This document shows positions 1 to 8,955 of a stretch of DNA of 56,093 nt, in pieces (position 1 is the stretch's first letter; each line of letters begins with the position of its first letter). The DNA comes from a virus. Lineage: Duplodnaviria > Caudoviricetes. The notes under the pieces are model-generated. The model had not been told where the DNA came from, did not search any database, and saw only the letters and a list, made by a program, of their open reading frames with translations. The position numbers and the translations under genes are program-made. The DNA lies in IMG/VR virus record IMGVR_UViG_3300005805_000110, positions 1 to 56,093 of that record, one strand, 5' to 3'.

Positions 1-11
1 TTGGATTTGAG

Positions 12-296
12 TTGGTTGATAAAAGACCAGATATGACTCTGGTGAAAGAAAGTGTAAAGTTTCTCAATAAAAATCCAAAGTTTGTTTCTGACTCTGAATG
101 TTATGCTTCTGCTGTTGGATATGTTGGAGATGTCAACTATGTGAAAGAACGGGTAGAAGGTGAATTCCCACAAGTATCTGGCAGAACTTATTATCAACAT
201 CAAGTTCTTGGAAAAGATAAGACTTTTTACAACTATGAAGGAGAACAATTTACTCCTCAAGAACTCGCAGAAAGACTGGAAAATGAAACTCTGTAG
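12..296 (+). CDS. hypothetical phage protein
   Basis: 94-aa ORF, stop overlaps the next ORF; start uncertain. Confidence 0.55.
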   Translation: MVDKRPDMTLVKESVKFLNKNPKFVSDSECYASAVGYVGDVNYVKERVEGEFPQVSGRTYYQHQVLGKDKTFYNYEGEQFTPQELAERLENETL

Positions 297-483
297 TGAT
301 TGTAAGTATTATCGCAAAGATTGGTGGGAACATCTTGTTCACAAAACTGATTATTGGGATACTTGTATGCGACCAAACGATAATAATCCTGTAAGTGGAA
401 TCCCAAATCATTATCGTTGTGGATACGAGAGAGGATATGAATATCTTTGTGGACCTGAAGGAACTTATTGGGAGAAAAAATAA
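283..483 (+). CDS. small Cys-rich hypothetical protein (66 aa)
   Basis: ATG at 283 within the track ORF 160..483; MKLCSDCKYY...C...C...CGPEG pattern. Confidence 0.6.
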   Translation: MKLCSDCKYYRKDWWEHLVHKTDYWDTCMRPNDNNPVSGIPNHYRCGYERGYEYLCGPEGTYWEKK

Positions 484-492
484 ATCAGTAGA

Positions 493-499
493 ATAAATA
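493..499 (+). promoter_or_regulatory. T4-type late promoter (ATAAATA)
   Basis: matches the gp55 consensus TATAAATA core, about 25 nt upstream of the LamG gene. Confidence 0.6.
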
Positions 500-523
500 C
501 TCTTATGTTTAAGTAGTTGTAAA

Positions 524-1234
524 GTGGGATTATATCACTCACCAAGAATAGTCACTGACGGACTTGTCTTATGTCTTGATGCTGGGAATGCTAAGAGTTA
601 TCCTGGTTCTGGAACCACTTGGACTGATTTGAGTGCTAATGGGAATAATGGAACTCTTACAAATGGACCGACTTATAGTAGTTCTAATGGTGGGTCTATA
701 GTTTTTGATGGAGTTGATGATCATACACAAACATCTTATAACTTGGGATGGAATAATACTAATAGCGTTAGTATTATTATTTTTGTTAATCCCACAGGAA
801 ATGGTCCATTTTTAGGAAAATCATCTTATGAGTGGAGATTTAACAAACCCTCCGACACATCTTTTACATTTACACATTGGGATACTACACCTGGAGGTCA
901 ACATACTAATGGACCAGTTATAACAATAAATGATATGTTTACAAATGGACTTTGGGTATCCATAGGGTTTGTGTGGAATCATTTGGAAAATAAAGTTTTC
1001 ATTTATAAAAATGGAGTTTTATATAATTCGTATAATTGGGTAGATGCTTCTATTAACCGTGTTTTAAGTGAAGGTGTTAAAATCGGAGGCAACATATATG
1101 GTAGTGGAAGCGGGAGCGGCGGAGGTTCTTATTTTAATGGAAGAATAGGACCACTATTAACATATAACAGAGCACTCACAGCAGAAGAAATTCAACAAAA
1201 CTTTAATGCACTTAAAGGAAGGTTTGGAAACTAA
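524..1234 (+). CDS. LamG/concanavalin A-like lectin domain virion protein, paralog 1
   Basis: GLVLCLDAGN..SYPGSGTTWTDLS, FDGVDD and C-terminal YNRALTAEEIQQNFNALKGRFG motifs. Confidence 0.8.
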   Translation: MGLYHSPRIVTDGLVLCLDAGNAKSYPGSGTTWTDLSANGNNGTLTNGPTYSSSNGGSIVFDGVDDHTQTSYNLGWNNTNSVSIIIFVNPTGNGPFLGKSSYEWRFNKPSDTSFTFTHWDTTPGGQHTNGPVITINDMFTNGLWVSIGFVWNHLENKVFIYKNGVLYNSYNWVDASINRVLSEGVKIGGNIYGSGSGSGGGSYFNGRIGPLLTYNRALTAEEIQQNFNALKGRFGN

Positions 1235-1260
1235 ATAAGACAAGGAGATATTGAGAGAGA

Positions 1261-1944
1261 ATGGGAATTGCTTATAATCCACGCATAGTGACTGATGGAT
1301 TAGTTCTTGCACTTGATGCTGGGAATACTAAGAGTTATCCTGGAAGTGGAAATACTTGGACTGATTTGAGTGGTAATGTGAATAATGGAACTCTTCAAAA
1401 TTCACCAACATATGATACAAATAATCTTGGAAGTTTTTCTTTAGATGGAGTTGATGATAGAATTTTAATTTCTTGCAATAACTCAACAATAAGAACTTTT
1501 AATTCTACGACGCAATTTATAATTAAACTCCCAGTTTATTCTGGAGGTCAGAGATGTATTCTTTCTTATAGAACAGGAGGTGGCGGGGGATTATATATTG
1601 GAAAGGCAAGCAATGGGATTTTTTGTTATTATAATGAACTTTCACCATCTCCAGCATATACTGTAGGAAATATTGCAAGTAATGCGACTGTAATTTGTAC
1701 TGTAACTTGTGATGCTACTAATAATCTATTGAGTACTTATATTAACGGAACTCTTGCAGGAAGTGCTAGTAGAACTGGGTGGATTTCTACATATCATACT
1801 AGTTTATATTTGGGTTGGGATGCAGGTGGAACAAATGAATATATGTTAGGAAACTTTTATCAATTTTCTCATTATAATCGTGTTCTCACAGCATCAGAAA
1901 TCCAACAAAACTATAATGCTCTTCGTGGTCGTTTCTCAATCTAA
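1261..1944 (+). CDS. LamG/concanavalin A-like lectin domain virion protein, paralog 2
   Basis: same conserved N- and C-termini as 524..1234; CTAAATA at 1231-1237 upstream. Confidence 0.8.
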   Translation: MGIAYNPRIVTDGLVLALDAGNTKSYPGSGNTWTDLSGNVNNGTLQNSPTYDTNNLGSFSLDGVDDRILISCNNSTIRTFNSTTQFIIKLPVYSGGQRCILSYRTGGGGGLYIGKASNGIFCYYNELSPSPAYTVGNIASNATVICTVTCDATNNLLSTYINGTLAGSASRTGWISTYHTSLYLGWDAGGTNEYMLGNFYQFSHYNRVLTASEIQQNYNALRGRFSI

Positions 1945-1959
1945 ATACTTAAAAAAACT

Positions 1960-2214
1960 ATGTACGACCAACGCAACTTCGCAATCTTTTCACTCACAGA
2001 GATAGATAAGATTGACTTCTCACAAGTATTAGAAACTTCTGCTGAAACACTACGCAAATCAGTAGATGAAACCAAGACATTTGTGAAATGGGATGGTGGA
2101 GTAGCACCAGAGTTTGTTTCAGAACTCACAACACTTGAAGGACCTTATACTTACGCAGAAATTTTAGATATTCTCTCCACATCCGAATGGACAGCACCTA
2201 TGGAGGAGATGTGA
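1960..2214 (+). CDS. small acidic protein of the kind found beside cyanophage lectin/fibre genes
   Basis: IDFSQVLETSAETLRKSVDETKTFVKW...GPYTY; CTAAATA at 1941-1947 upstream. Confidence 0.65.
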   Translation: MYDQRNFAIFSLTEIDKIDFSQVLETSAETLRKSVDETKTFVKWDGGVAPEFVSELTTLEGPYTYAEILDILSTSEWTAPMEEM

Positions 2215-2215
2215 G

Positions 2216-3430
2216 GTGGGAGCACACTCTGGACCTGATATAAATGAGAATGGTTTAGTATTAGCACTTGATGGTGCGAACTATAGAAGTTTTAAAGGTG
2301 AAGCAACTACTAATTATTATTCAACTCCAGAAACTTTGACGGATGGAAGAGTTGGAACTACTTCTGGAGGAACTTATACAGATTTTACTACTGATGGACC
2401 TAGTGGTGGAAGATTTACTAGATGGACTAATAATACTGGAACAAGTGGAACCACTGCTTGGCATTGGGGTATTGGATATACTAACACTGGATTAACCACA
2501 GGACAAACACTTACTGTAAGTTTTTATGCAAGATGTCCAAATGGCACATTATCAAATATAACATTAAACTCTCCAGATAGCCTTGCAATAAATGCAACAC
2601 TTGACTCTACTTGGAGAAGATATAGTGGACAAATAATTTATGGTGGAGATTATACATCTACACCATTTTTTAGAATTAATAGGTCAAATAGCAATTCATA
2701 TACAAACGGTGCAACTTATGATATTGCCAATATTCAAATTGAAACAAAGTCTTATGCAACTACATTTACCACAGGAACAAGAGGAACCACAGTCGCAACA
2801 GGTGGTGGTTGGGCAGACTTAACAGGAAATGGAAATAATGGAGAGTTGGTGAATGGTGTTAGAGAAAGTGCTAATAACTTAGGTTCTTTGAGTTTTGATG
2901 GTGTGGATGATTATGTCATTGCAGGAACATTATCAGGGTCTTTTGCTTCTTTCACTTTAATTACTTGGTTTTATCCAACAGTTGTTGTAAATTATAATAA
3001 TGTATTAGACTGTAATTCTGGTTATTATACTTCTGGAAATATAGGACCAAGATTAGAAATGAATAGTAGTGGAACTCTTGGGTGGGTTTATTCAAATATA
3101 ACGGGAGATAATAATCAATTTTATGCACATAATGTTGTAAGCAGTGGATTATCAGCAAATAAATGGCATTGTGCTGCTATTACTTATAATGGAGGAACAA
3201 ATACTTCAGTAACTTATTACAACGGAAATGCGACTGGTTTATCTAGGAGCACTATTGGAAGTCCAACTGGATTTGTGGGTTCAATTAATAGTTTGAATAT
3301 TGGAAGAGGATTTGTTAATAGTAGATATTTTCAAGGAAGAATTACTCAAACACAAATATACAACAGAGCACTTACAGCATCAGAAATTCAACAAAACTTC
3401 AACGTAACAAGAGGAAGGTTCGGTATCTAA
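2216..3430 (+). CDS. LamG-like lectin protein, paralog 3, with an inserted carbohydrate-binding-module-like domain
   Basis: conserved termini; about 170-aa insert (TLTVSFYAR...WRRYS...IQIETKSYAT) before WADLTGNGNNG. Confidence 0.75.
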   Translation: MGAHSGPDINENGLVLALDGANYRSFKGEATTNYYSTPETLTDGRVGTTSGGTYTDFTTDGPSGGRFTRWTNNTGTSGTTAWHWGIGYTNTGLTTGQTLTVSFYARCPNGTLSNITLNSPDSLAINATLDSTWRRYSGQIIYGGDYTSTPFFRINRSNSNSYTNGATYDIANIQIETKSYATTFTTGTRGTTVATGGGWADLTGNGNNGELVNGVRESANNLGSLSFDGVDDYVIAGTLSGSFASFTLITWFYPTVVVNYNNVLDCNSGYYTSGNIGPRLEMNSSGTLGWVYSNITGDNNQFYAHNVVSSGLSANKWHCAAITYNGGTNTSVTYYNGNATGLSRSTIGSPTGFVGSINSLNIGRGFVNSRYFQGRITQTQIYNRALTASEIQQNFNVTRGRFGI

Positions 3431-3485
3431 CCACTTCCCAAACTGTCTACGAGACCCTTTACAGGGTCTTTTTTTGTGCTATAAT
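3431..3485 (+). promoter_or_regulatory. terminator hairpin fused to an extended -10 promoter (PeSL-like)
   Basis: stem AGACCCT 3452-3458 / AGGGTCT 3463-3469 followed by a T-run, then TGCTATAAT 3477-3485. Confidence 0.7.
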
Positions 3486-3508
3486 GACTTGTAGATTAAA
3501 GAACCAAA

Positions 3509-4087
3509 ATGAGCAAGTACAAAGATTACGATTACGAAGACAAGTATGACCACGATGACGATGACTACGATGATAATGACCGTAGTGATGAATTTGAATT
3601 TGAAGTCGTAATTGATATCACTGCTAATAACACTACCAATAATACTACTAACAACACGACAATTATCAATAACACGACTGTAATTGATAATATCATCAAT
3701 AATAATGTAGAAACCAAGAACTACATCTATGGAACTCGTTTCAAAGATTATTTGATTGGAACTGATGCTGATGATGTAATCTATGGGTATAATGCGAATG
3801 ATACCCTAATCGGTGGTCTTGGTGCCGATAAACTAATTGGCGGTAGAGGTAAGAATAAGTATTCTTCTGCTCCCGATGATGCTACTGACCTTATCTACAT
3901 TCGCAAAGATAATAAGGTAGATAAAATCACAAGTATTGGACTTGAGGATAGAGTTGTAATCAAAGGAAATCGCATTTCAATTAGTGAAACTGATAGTGGT
4001 ATTGGTATTTTCTACAAGGACAAACTACAAGCACTTTATACTGGTGATGAACTCACTTTTGCAGAATTTAAATCTATCGTGGTTTGA
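3509..4087 (+). CDS. hemolysin-type (RTX) Ca2+-binding repeat protein with acidic N-terminus
   Basis: GTDADDVIYG, GYNANDTLIG and GGLGADKLIG nonapeptides; D-rich and N/T-rich low-complexity N-terminus. Confidence 0.75.
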   Translation: MSKYKDYDYEDKYDHDDDDYDDNDRSDEFEFEVVIDITANNTTNNTTNNTTIINNTTVIDNIINNNVETKNYIYGTRFKDYLIGTDADDVIYGYNANDTLIGGLGADKLIGGRGKNKYSSAPDDATDLIYIRKDNKVDKITSIGLEDRVVIKGNRISISETDSGIGIFYKDKLQALYTGDELTFAEFKSIVV

Positions 4088-4109
4088 GTTAAAAATAGCT
4101 TGATATTTT

Positions 4110-4448
4110 ATGAGATTTGAAACTCAATCAAAATTGGAAGATTTCCTTGATGGATTTCGTAATGTCCTCTATATTCTTGACTGTTATAATGACGGTGATG
4201 AATGGGGTTATGGGGAGTTCTGGGAGAGTTTGAGTATCGGTTGGTTTCAAGAATATATCTATCCTTATGATGACACATACAATCTAACTATCAGTCCAGA
4301 ACGCAAGTTGAGACTAGCACAAGAACTACCAAAGATTACTCTATCAGTAGAGGATTATGATGAACTTGTGCGAAGAATCAATGAACCACCAGATCCTGCT
4401 GTAACTGAAAGAATTAAACAACTAATGAACCGTCCTTCACCTTGGTAG
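4110..4448 (+). CDS. hypothetical protein with DUF1778/TacA-like C-terminus
   Basis: ITLSVEDYDELVRRINEPPDP. Confidence 0.55.
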   Translation: MRFETQSKLEDFLDGFRNVLYILDCYNDGDEWGYGEFWESLSIGWFQEYIYPYDDTYNLTISPERKLRLAQELPKITLSVEDYDELVRRINEPPDPAVTERIKQLMNRPSPW

Positions 4449-4481
4449 TATAATAAGCAAAAAAGTCTAAAATTTTTTTAT

Positions 4482-5048
4482 ATGATTAATTATCCTCTAG
4501 TTATCGAAAATGTTTTACCAGTAAAGAAATTCATTACTTTGAGTGATGAATTGGAGAAAGGGTGGGCTTTATCAAATTTTTCAGATAACATAAAATATTC
4601 AAATTATAAAAATTTTTGGGGAATGTTGGAAAAAGAGAATGATATATTATTGATTGATTCTGGTATTGATATTAAGTTAAAAATACAAAAGTTTTTAAAA
4701 AAAAATATTAGACTAATTAGGTGTCATATAAATGGACAAACTTTTGGTCAGTCTGGGAAATTTCATGTAGATTATTATGAAGATAATATATGGACATTTA
4801 TTTTATTTTGCTGCAAATATTGGGAAACTAACTGGGGAGGAGAGTTTGTTTGCTACAATCCAATAGAAAAAAATTATAAGTATGTTCCATATATTCCAAA
4901 TACTGGATGTTTGATTCCATCAAATTGGCAACACTATGGATCTTCTCCAAATGATCAAACTAGCTCACTTAGAGTGAGCATTGGGTTCAGTTATTGTGAC
5001 GAATTAATTTATGATGAAATGAAATCCAAATGCTTACTAATACTTTAA
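4482..5048 (+). CDS. 2OG-Fe(II) oxygenase
   Basis: FHVD (HxD), WGGEF, distal His (WQHYG), RxS (LRVS). Confidence 0.85.
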   Translation: MINYPLVIENVLPVKKFITLSDELEKGWALSNFSDNIKYSNYKNFWGMLEKENDILLIDSGIDIKLKIQKFLKKNIRLIRCHINGQTFGQSGKFHVDYYEDNIWTFILFCCKYWETNWGGEFVCYNPIEKNYKYVPYIPNTGCLIPSNWQHYGSSPNDQTSSLRVSIGFSYCDELIYDEMKSKCLLIL

Positions 5049-5052
5049 AATA

Positions 5053-5226
5053 ATGACTGAAAAATCTAAAATCTTCTACAATATCTGGTGCTGTGCATAC
5101 CAACGAAGACATATGTATCGTGGAACACCACGAGAAGAACGAGAACATAGTACAATTCGTATGTGTCTAGATATGAAGGATGTGAAATTTTATCAGTTTG
5201 ATACAGAGAAACCTCATTATGTTTAG
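5053..5226 (+). CDS. small hypothetical protein (57 aa, not in ORF track)
   Basis: translated by eye: MTEKSKIFYNIWCCAYQRR...KPHYV; fills the intergenic gap. Confidence 0.55.
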   Translation: MTEKSKIFYNIWCCAYQRRHMYRGTPREEREHSTIRMCLDMKDVKFYQFDTEKPHYV

Positions 5227-5596
5227 TACACCAGTTAGAGGAACACATCCAAATAAAACCAAGATGAATTGGTGTGAGTATTGGATTGGCCATTGTTGGA
5301 TGACAGGATGGCAAAGTATGCGAATGACATTTCGCATATGGGCAAATTTAATGACCTCAGACTATGATAGTTATGCTTTACTAAAAGAAGATGATCCCGA
5401 AACAGAGTGTATTGAATGGTTCTGGGGAACTCTTGGTGAAGATGAAGTTTATCCTAAAGAATTTCTTGAATACTTGATGCAGATGGTGGATGATATTGAG
5501 ACTGGTAAGGAGAAAGTTATTCCTATGGATGAGGATTTCTTTAATAGATTAAAAGACCTTACTGATGATGTGGAGTTAGATGATGGGGATGTTTGA
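5219..5596 (+). CDS. hypothetical cyanophage protein
   Basis: Trp-rich and acidic ORF; start uncertain. Confidence 0.6.
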   Translation: MFSTPVRGTHPNKTKMNWCEYWIGHCWMTGWQSMRMTFRIWANLMTSDYDSYALLKEDDPETECIEWFWGTLGEDEVYPKEFLEYLMQMVDDIETGKEKVIPMDEDFFNRLKDLTDDVELDDGDV

Positions 5597-5981
5597 CTAC
5601 GTTCGTTCTTCTTACGATCTTGGTGAACAGTTTACCGATGTAGAACTGCAAACGAAAGATATAGAAGAAGGATATTCTGGAACTATGACTCACTTTTGGA
5701 TTGATCCTGCTGGTTATTTGTGGTGCCCCAACTATATTGGAACTAATACTTTTGAAGTTATTGAGAAAGATGATCCACGTTATAGTCCTAAACATTTATT
5801 TCTAAACTTTGAGTGGATTCCTACAGGACAAAACGGTAAATATAGAGTTCATCCAATTACCAAATATATTAAAGTTTACCCTTCAACTTGGAATGGTGAA
5901 TGGACTAATTGGCCAACACTAAAATTACACTTCAAACAAGGAAAACTGCAAGATTATGAAGACATCACAGGACAATGTTGA
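5580..5981 (+). CDS. hypothetical phage protein (MGMFDYV family)
   Basis: MGMFDYV...LQTKDI pattern typical of phage hypotheticals. Confidence 0.65.
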   Translation: MMGMFDYVRSSYDLGEQFTDVELQTKDIEEGYSGTMTHFWIDPAGYLWCPNYIGTNTFEVIEKDDPRYSPKHLFLNFEWIPTGQNGKYRVHPITKYIKVYPSTWNGEWTNWPTLKLHFKQGKLQDYEDITGQC

Positions 5982-6279
5982 TCTATTCCCTTTCGAATCT
6001 TTTGGTGTAAGATTGGAGCATATAAATGAAAAAAGAATCTGTTGGTTCAAGGATGATTATGACTTGCAAAAATACTTAGAAAGGTATAAACTGGACAAGA
6101 GAACTATTAGAATTGATTACCGTGATGGAGAACCCACTAAACCCAGTCAAAAACGTAAGAGAAGTGTGGAGCAAAAACCTGAACCAAAAAGTAAAAGAAG
6201 TTCTGGTACAAGTAAAGGACGAACCACCCGCATGGATTCCACTTCAAACTCTTCTGGCACTACAAAACGCAAAAAATGA
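5956..6279 (+). CDS. hypothetical protein with basic C-terminus
   Basis: LFPFESFGVRLEH...CWFKDDYDLQKYLERYKL. Confidence 0.6.
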   Translation: MKTSQDNVDLFPFESFGVRLEHINEKRICWFKDDYDLQKYLERYKLDKRTIRIDYRDGEPTKPSQKRKRSVEQKPEPKSKRSSGTSKGRTTRMDSTSNSSGTTKRKK

Positions 6280-6423
6280 CCTGTAAAATTAATCTTATTC
6301 TTGCTCTGCAACAAATTGAGAATATCTCTAATCTTGTGAGAGAGAATAATTATGAAGCATTCTTTACATCACATCTGCTTCCTATTAAATTTGAAATCGA
6401 AAGACAAATAACATTACAAAATC

Positions 6424-6639
6424 ATGGAAAAGAAACTATATGATGATTGCTTCTATGTGGAGCAGAAACGATGGGGAACCTGGCAGTCTCATTATCCTGA
6501 CGGAAAGGGTATTATCACATCACTGACTGAAGAAGAATGTGTTCGTAGCACTCGTTGGTATTTGAAAGCAAAACAGGAGGGTGTATTTGACAAAACACCA
6601 GAAAAAACTTATGATTCAACTGTTGGAGGAAAACTATGA
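6424..6639 (+). CDS. hypothetical cyanophage protein
   Basis: 71 aa ending YDSTVGGKL; tightly packed with neighbours. Confidence 0.6.
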   Translation: MEKKLYDDCFYVEQKRWGTWQSHYPDGKGIITSLTEEECVRSTRWYLKAKQEGVFDKTPEKTYDSTVGGKL

Positions 6640-7069
6640 CTACAAGAACTTTTGTTGATAAAAATGGCAACTCTTGGGAATGGGAAGAGACCCCAGAAAC
6701 AATTGAAGCACTTAAACAACTACACAATACTGTGAAGCAAGTAAATGAAAATAAGACTAACGCCAAATCAGCAAATGTGGGCTAATATCTTTCGTTGTGC
6801 TGTAGAAAGGTCCAACATTTATTTTAAAGAGAAAGACCTTGACCGCCACGCAAGAGAACATACTACAGTTGTAGTAGCACTTCAAAAAGGAGAACAGTTT
6901 TGGAAAGAACTTCTGTAGAATATCCATATCACGTTCTTGATGAAACAACTCCTTGGTATGAGTGGTTGACTTATTGTGAGATATGTTATCAATTAAACGT
7001 CCCAGGGCAACCTTCTCTGGGACGTTATATGGCATTTAGACGTTATTTGAAATCTGTAGGACTATTGTA

Positions 7070-7300
7070 ATGATTCGTAAATTTATAAAATGGTTTGTTA
7101 CTTCTTCACCTAAGCCTATTGTAGAGGAAGTTGATTTATATGCTAAAATTGTAGAACTTGAAAATCGTATTGCTAAACTTGAAGAAGAAAATGTAGAGAC
7201 ATCAAACTGCATCTACGAACTTGGAAATTCTATTCAAGCAGTTGATACTCGTATAGATATAGTTGCAGAAAATCCTTGGGAGAGGCAGTTTAATGTATGA
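7070..7300 (+). CDS. coiled-coil hypothetical protein
   Basis: heptads IVELENRIAKLEEEN. Confidence 0.6.
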   Translation: MIRKFIKWFVTSSPKPIVEEVDLYAKIVELENRIAKLEEENVETSNCIYELGNSIQAVDTRIDIVAENPWERQFNV

Positions 7301-7469
7301 ATTGGATGACTTTGAACGCGCACTTGCACACTTTGGAACAAGAGTTGAAATTATCATTGCACTTGAGATGGGTGGAAAGTTAGATGCTGACACTGCTTAC
7401 AAAAATATTAAATACGAACTTAAAGAACTCAAAAAAGTTAGAAAGAAGCACAACAAGGAAGTGCAGTAA
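7293..7469 (+). CDS. hypothetical cyanophage protein
   Basis: MYELDDFERALAHFGTRVEIIIALEMGGK; internal ATG at 7293. Confidence 0.6.
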   Translation: MYELDDFERALAHFGTRVEIIIALEMGGKLDADTAYKNIKYELKELKKVRKKHNKEVQ

Positions 7470-7577
7470 ATGTGAAGAGTTGTTGCCCCTTGACGAAACA
7501 CACTTTCAGGTGGTAAAATCATTTAGAAGTGGTTTCTCCTACTACTGCTTGGAATGTTCTAAACCTAAACCCAGAGA

Positions 7578-8162
7578 TTGATTATGGATTACAAAAAGTA
7601 TTCACTTGAAAATCTTGAAAAGTGGATTGAAGATGCAATCAATAGTAGTGAAGCATCACCACAGGAAATTTTTGATGTTATCAAAAATGTGGTGACGGAT
7701 AATTACTACTGCTATAAAAATCATACTGCAAGATGCTATGAACTTCTTACACTTTTGAATGGTAATGGTAAAGATCATATTACCTTCTCTGGTGATTGGT
7801 CGGCAAAAAACTATACCATAGATCCTTATGGAAATGAAGTAAAGGTTTGTGATAAAGATGATAAGTTTCCCGATTATCAAAAAGCATGGAAAGATTTCTG
7901 GGAAGAAAATTATTACCCTGAAGAGCATCAGCAATACAGTGAAGAAGAATTAAATGCGATGTGTGATAAAGCAGCATCAGAGCAAGATAAAGTAGTAAAG
8001 TGGCAACTTCCTGTAGAAGTTGATGGATTAAGTGGAGAGTGTTATGTCAATCTTCCTGATGACTTATTGGAAGCAGCAAATATTAAGGAAAATGATCTGG
8101 TTGAATGGATTGATCATAAAGACGGTAGTTTTGAATTGAGGAAAGTAAATGGCACTAAGTGA
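7578..8162 (+). CDS. protein with C-terminal AbrB/MazE-like (swapped-hairpin) DNA-binding domain
   Basis: YVNLPDDLLEAANIKENDLVEWIDHKDGSFELRKV. Confidence 0.6.
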   Translation: MIMDYKKYSLENLEKWIEDAINSSEASPQEIFDVIKNVVTDNYYCYKNHTARCYELLTLLNGNGKDHITFSGDWSAKNYTIDPYGNEVKVCDKDDKFPDYQKAWKDFWEENYYPEEHQQYSEEELNAMCDKAASEQDKVVKWQLPVEVDGLSGECYVNLPDDLLEAANIKENDLVEWIDHKDGSFELRKVNGTK

Positions 8163-8379
8163 ATCAGTTGAAAGTAGTTTGAAAGAAGCAGAAGCAAGTT
8201 TACGTAATGCACTAGCATATGCTGCACGACAAGAAAAACCTTTTGTAAGCCGTGAGATTTCGGAAATGATTTGTCGTATTGATAGTCTAATTAAAACCGA
8301 TCAACTTCTAGACAAACTTGAAGATAGGATGAAAGGATTTGGTGATGATAAAGGTTCTTTTGGAACTTTCTTTAGTTAA
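8149..8379 (+). CDS. hypothetical cyanophage protein
   Basis: MALSESVESSLKEAEASLRNALAYAARQE, helical. Confidence 0.65.
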   Translation: MALSESVESSLKEAEASLRNALAYAARQEKPFVSREISEMICRIDSLIKTDQLLDKLEDRMKGFGDDKGSFGTFFS

Positions 8380-8471
8380 GAAGTGTTACTACACTCTAAA
8401 GACAATATTAAGAAATACCACATTTGCCTTAAATAGTGTTAGGATTTCAAGACAAATACGGGAGCAAAGGT

Positions 8472-8636
8472 ATGACTCTTCCATCTAAAGGACAGCAAAA
8501 TTTAAGCGAAGAAGAGTGGTATGAAATGACAGCTCTTAAAAATGTAATCAATCAAAGACCACAAGCAGTTGTTCCAGAGAAAATGGAAAAGTTTACTGAA
8601 TATCTGGTAAGAAGTTTGAGAGAAAGAGGTGGTTGA
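8472..8636 (+). CDS. small hypothetical protein
   Basis: ATG at 8472 downstream of GGAG. Confidence 0.5.
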   Translation: MTLPSKGQQNLSEEEWYEMTALKNVINQRPQAVVPEKMEKFTEYLVRSLRERGG

Positions 8637-8665
8637 AATAAATATTATCAACAGGATACAAAACA

Positions 8666-8878
8666 ATGGAAAACATAGACAAGCACATCCAAAGAGATGA
8701 AGATCTTTTGAGTGATCCTATGATTTCTCCTCAATCAAGAAGACACACAGAGGAAGAACTGGAAGCACTCAAGGCATACAAAGAAAACCATCCAAATGAT
8801 GATCACGATCCAACACCTTTAGAACTTTATTGTGATTCAAATCCCAATGCATTAGAATGTAGAGTTTACGAAGATTAA
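8666..8878 (+). CDS. cp12: phage CP12 (Calvin-cycle inhibitor, auxiliary metabolic gene)
   Basis: C-terminal DPTPLELYCDSNPNALECRVYED with the CP12 C-x8-C motif; late promoter ATAAATA at 8638-8644. Confidence 0.9.
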   Translation: MENIDKHIQRDEDLLSDPMISPQSRRHTEEELEALKAYKENHPNDDHDPTPLELYCDSNPNALECRVYED

Positions 8879-8955
8879 TTAAACTGGGCTCTTTATTAGT
8901 GCCAAGATGAATAAAACAACACAATTATATCCAATGGCACTTCACATTTTCGAAT

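Noticed and set aside
524-3430. Diversity-generating retroelement target/template
   Set aside because: Differences are not adenine-specific and no reverse transcriptase is present.
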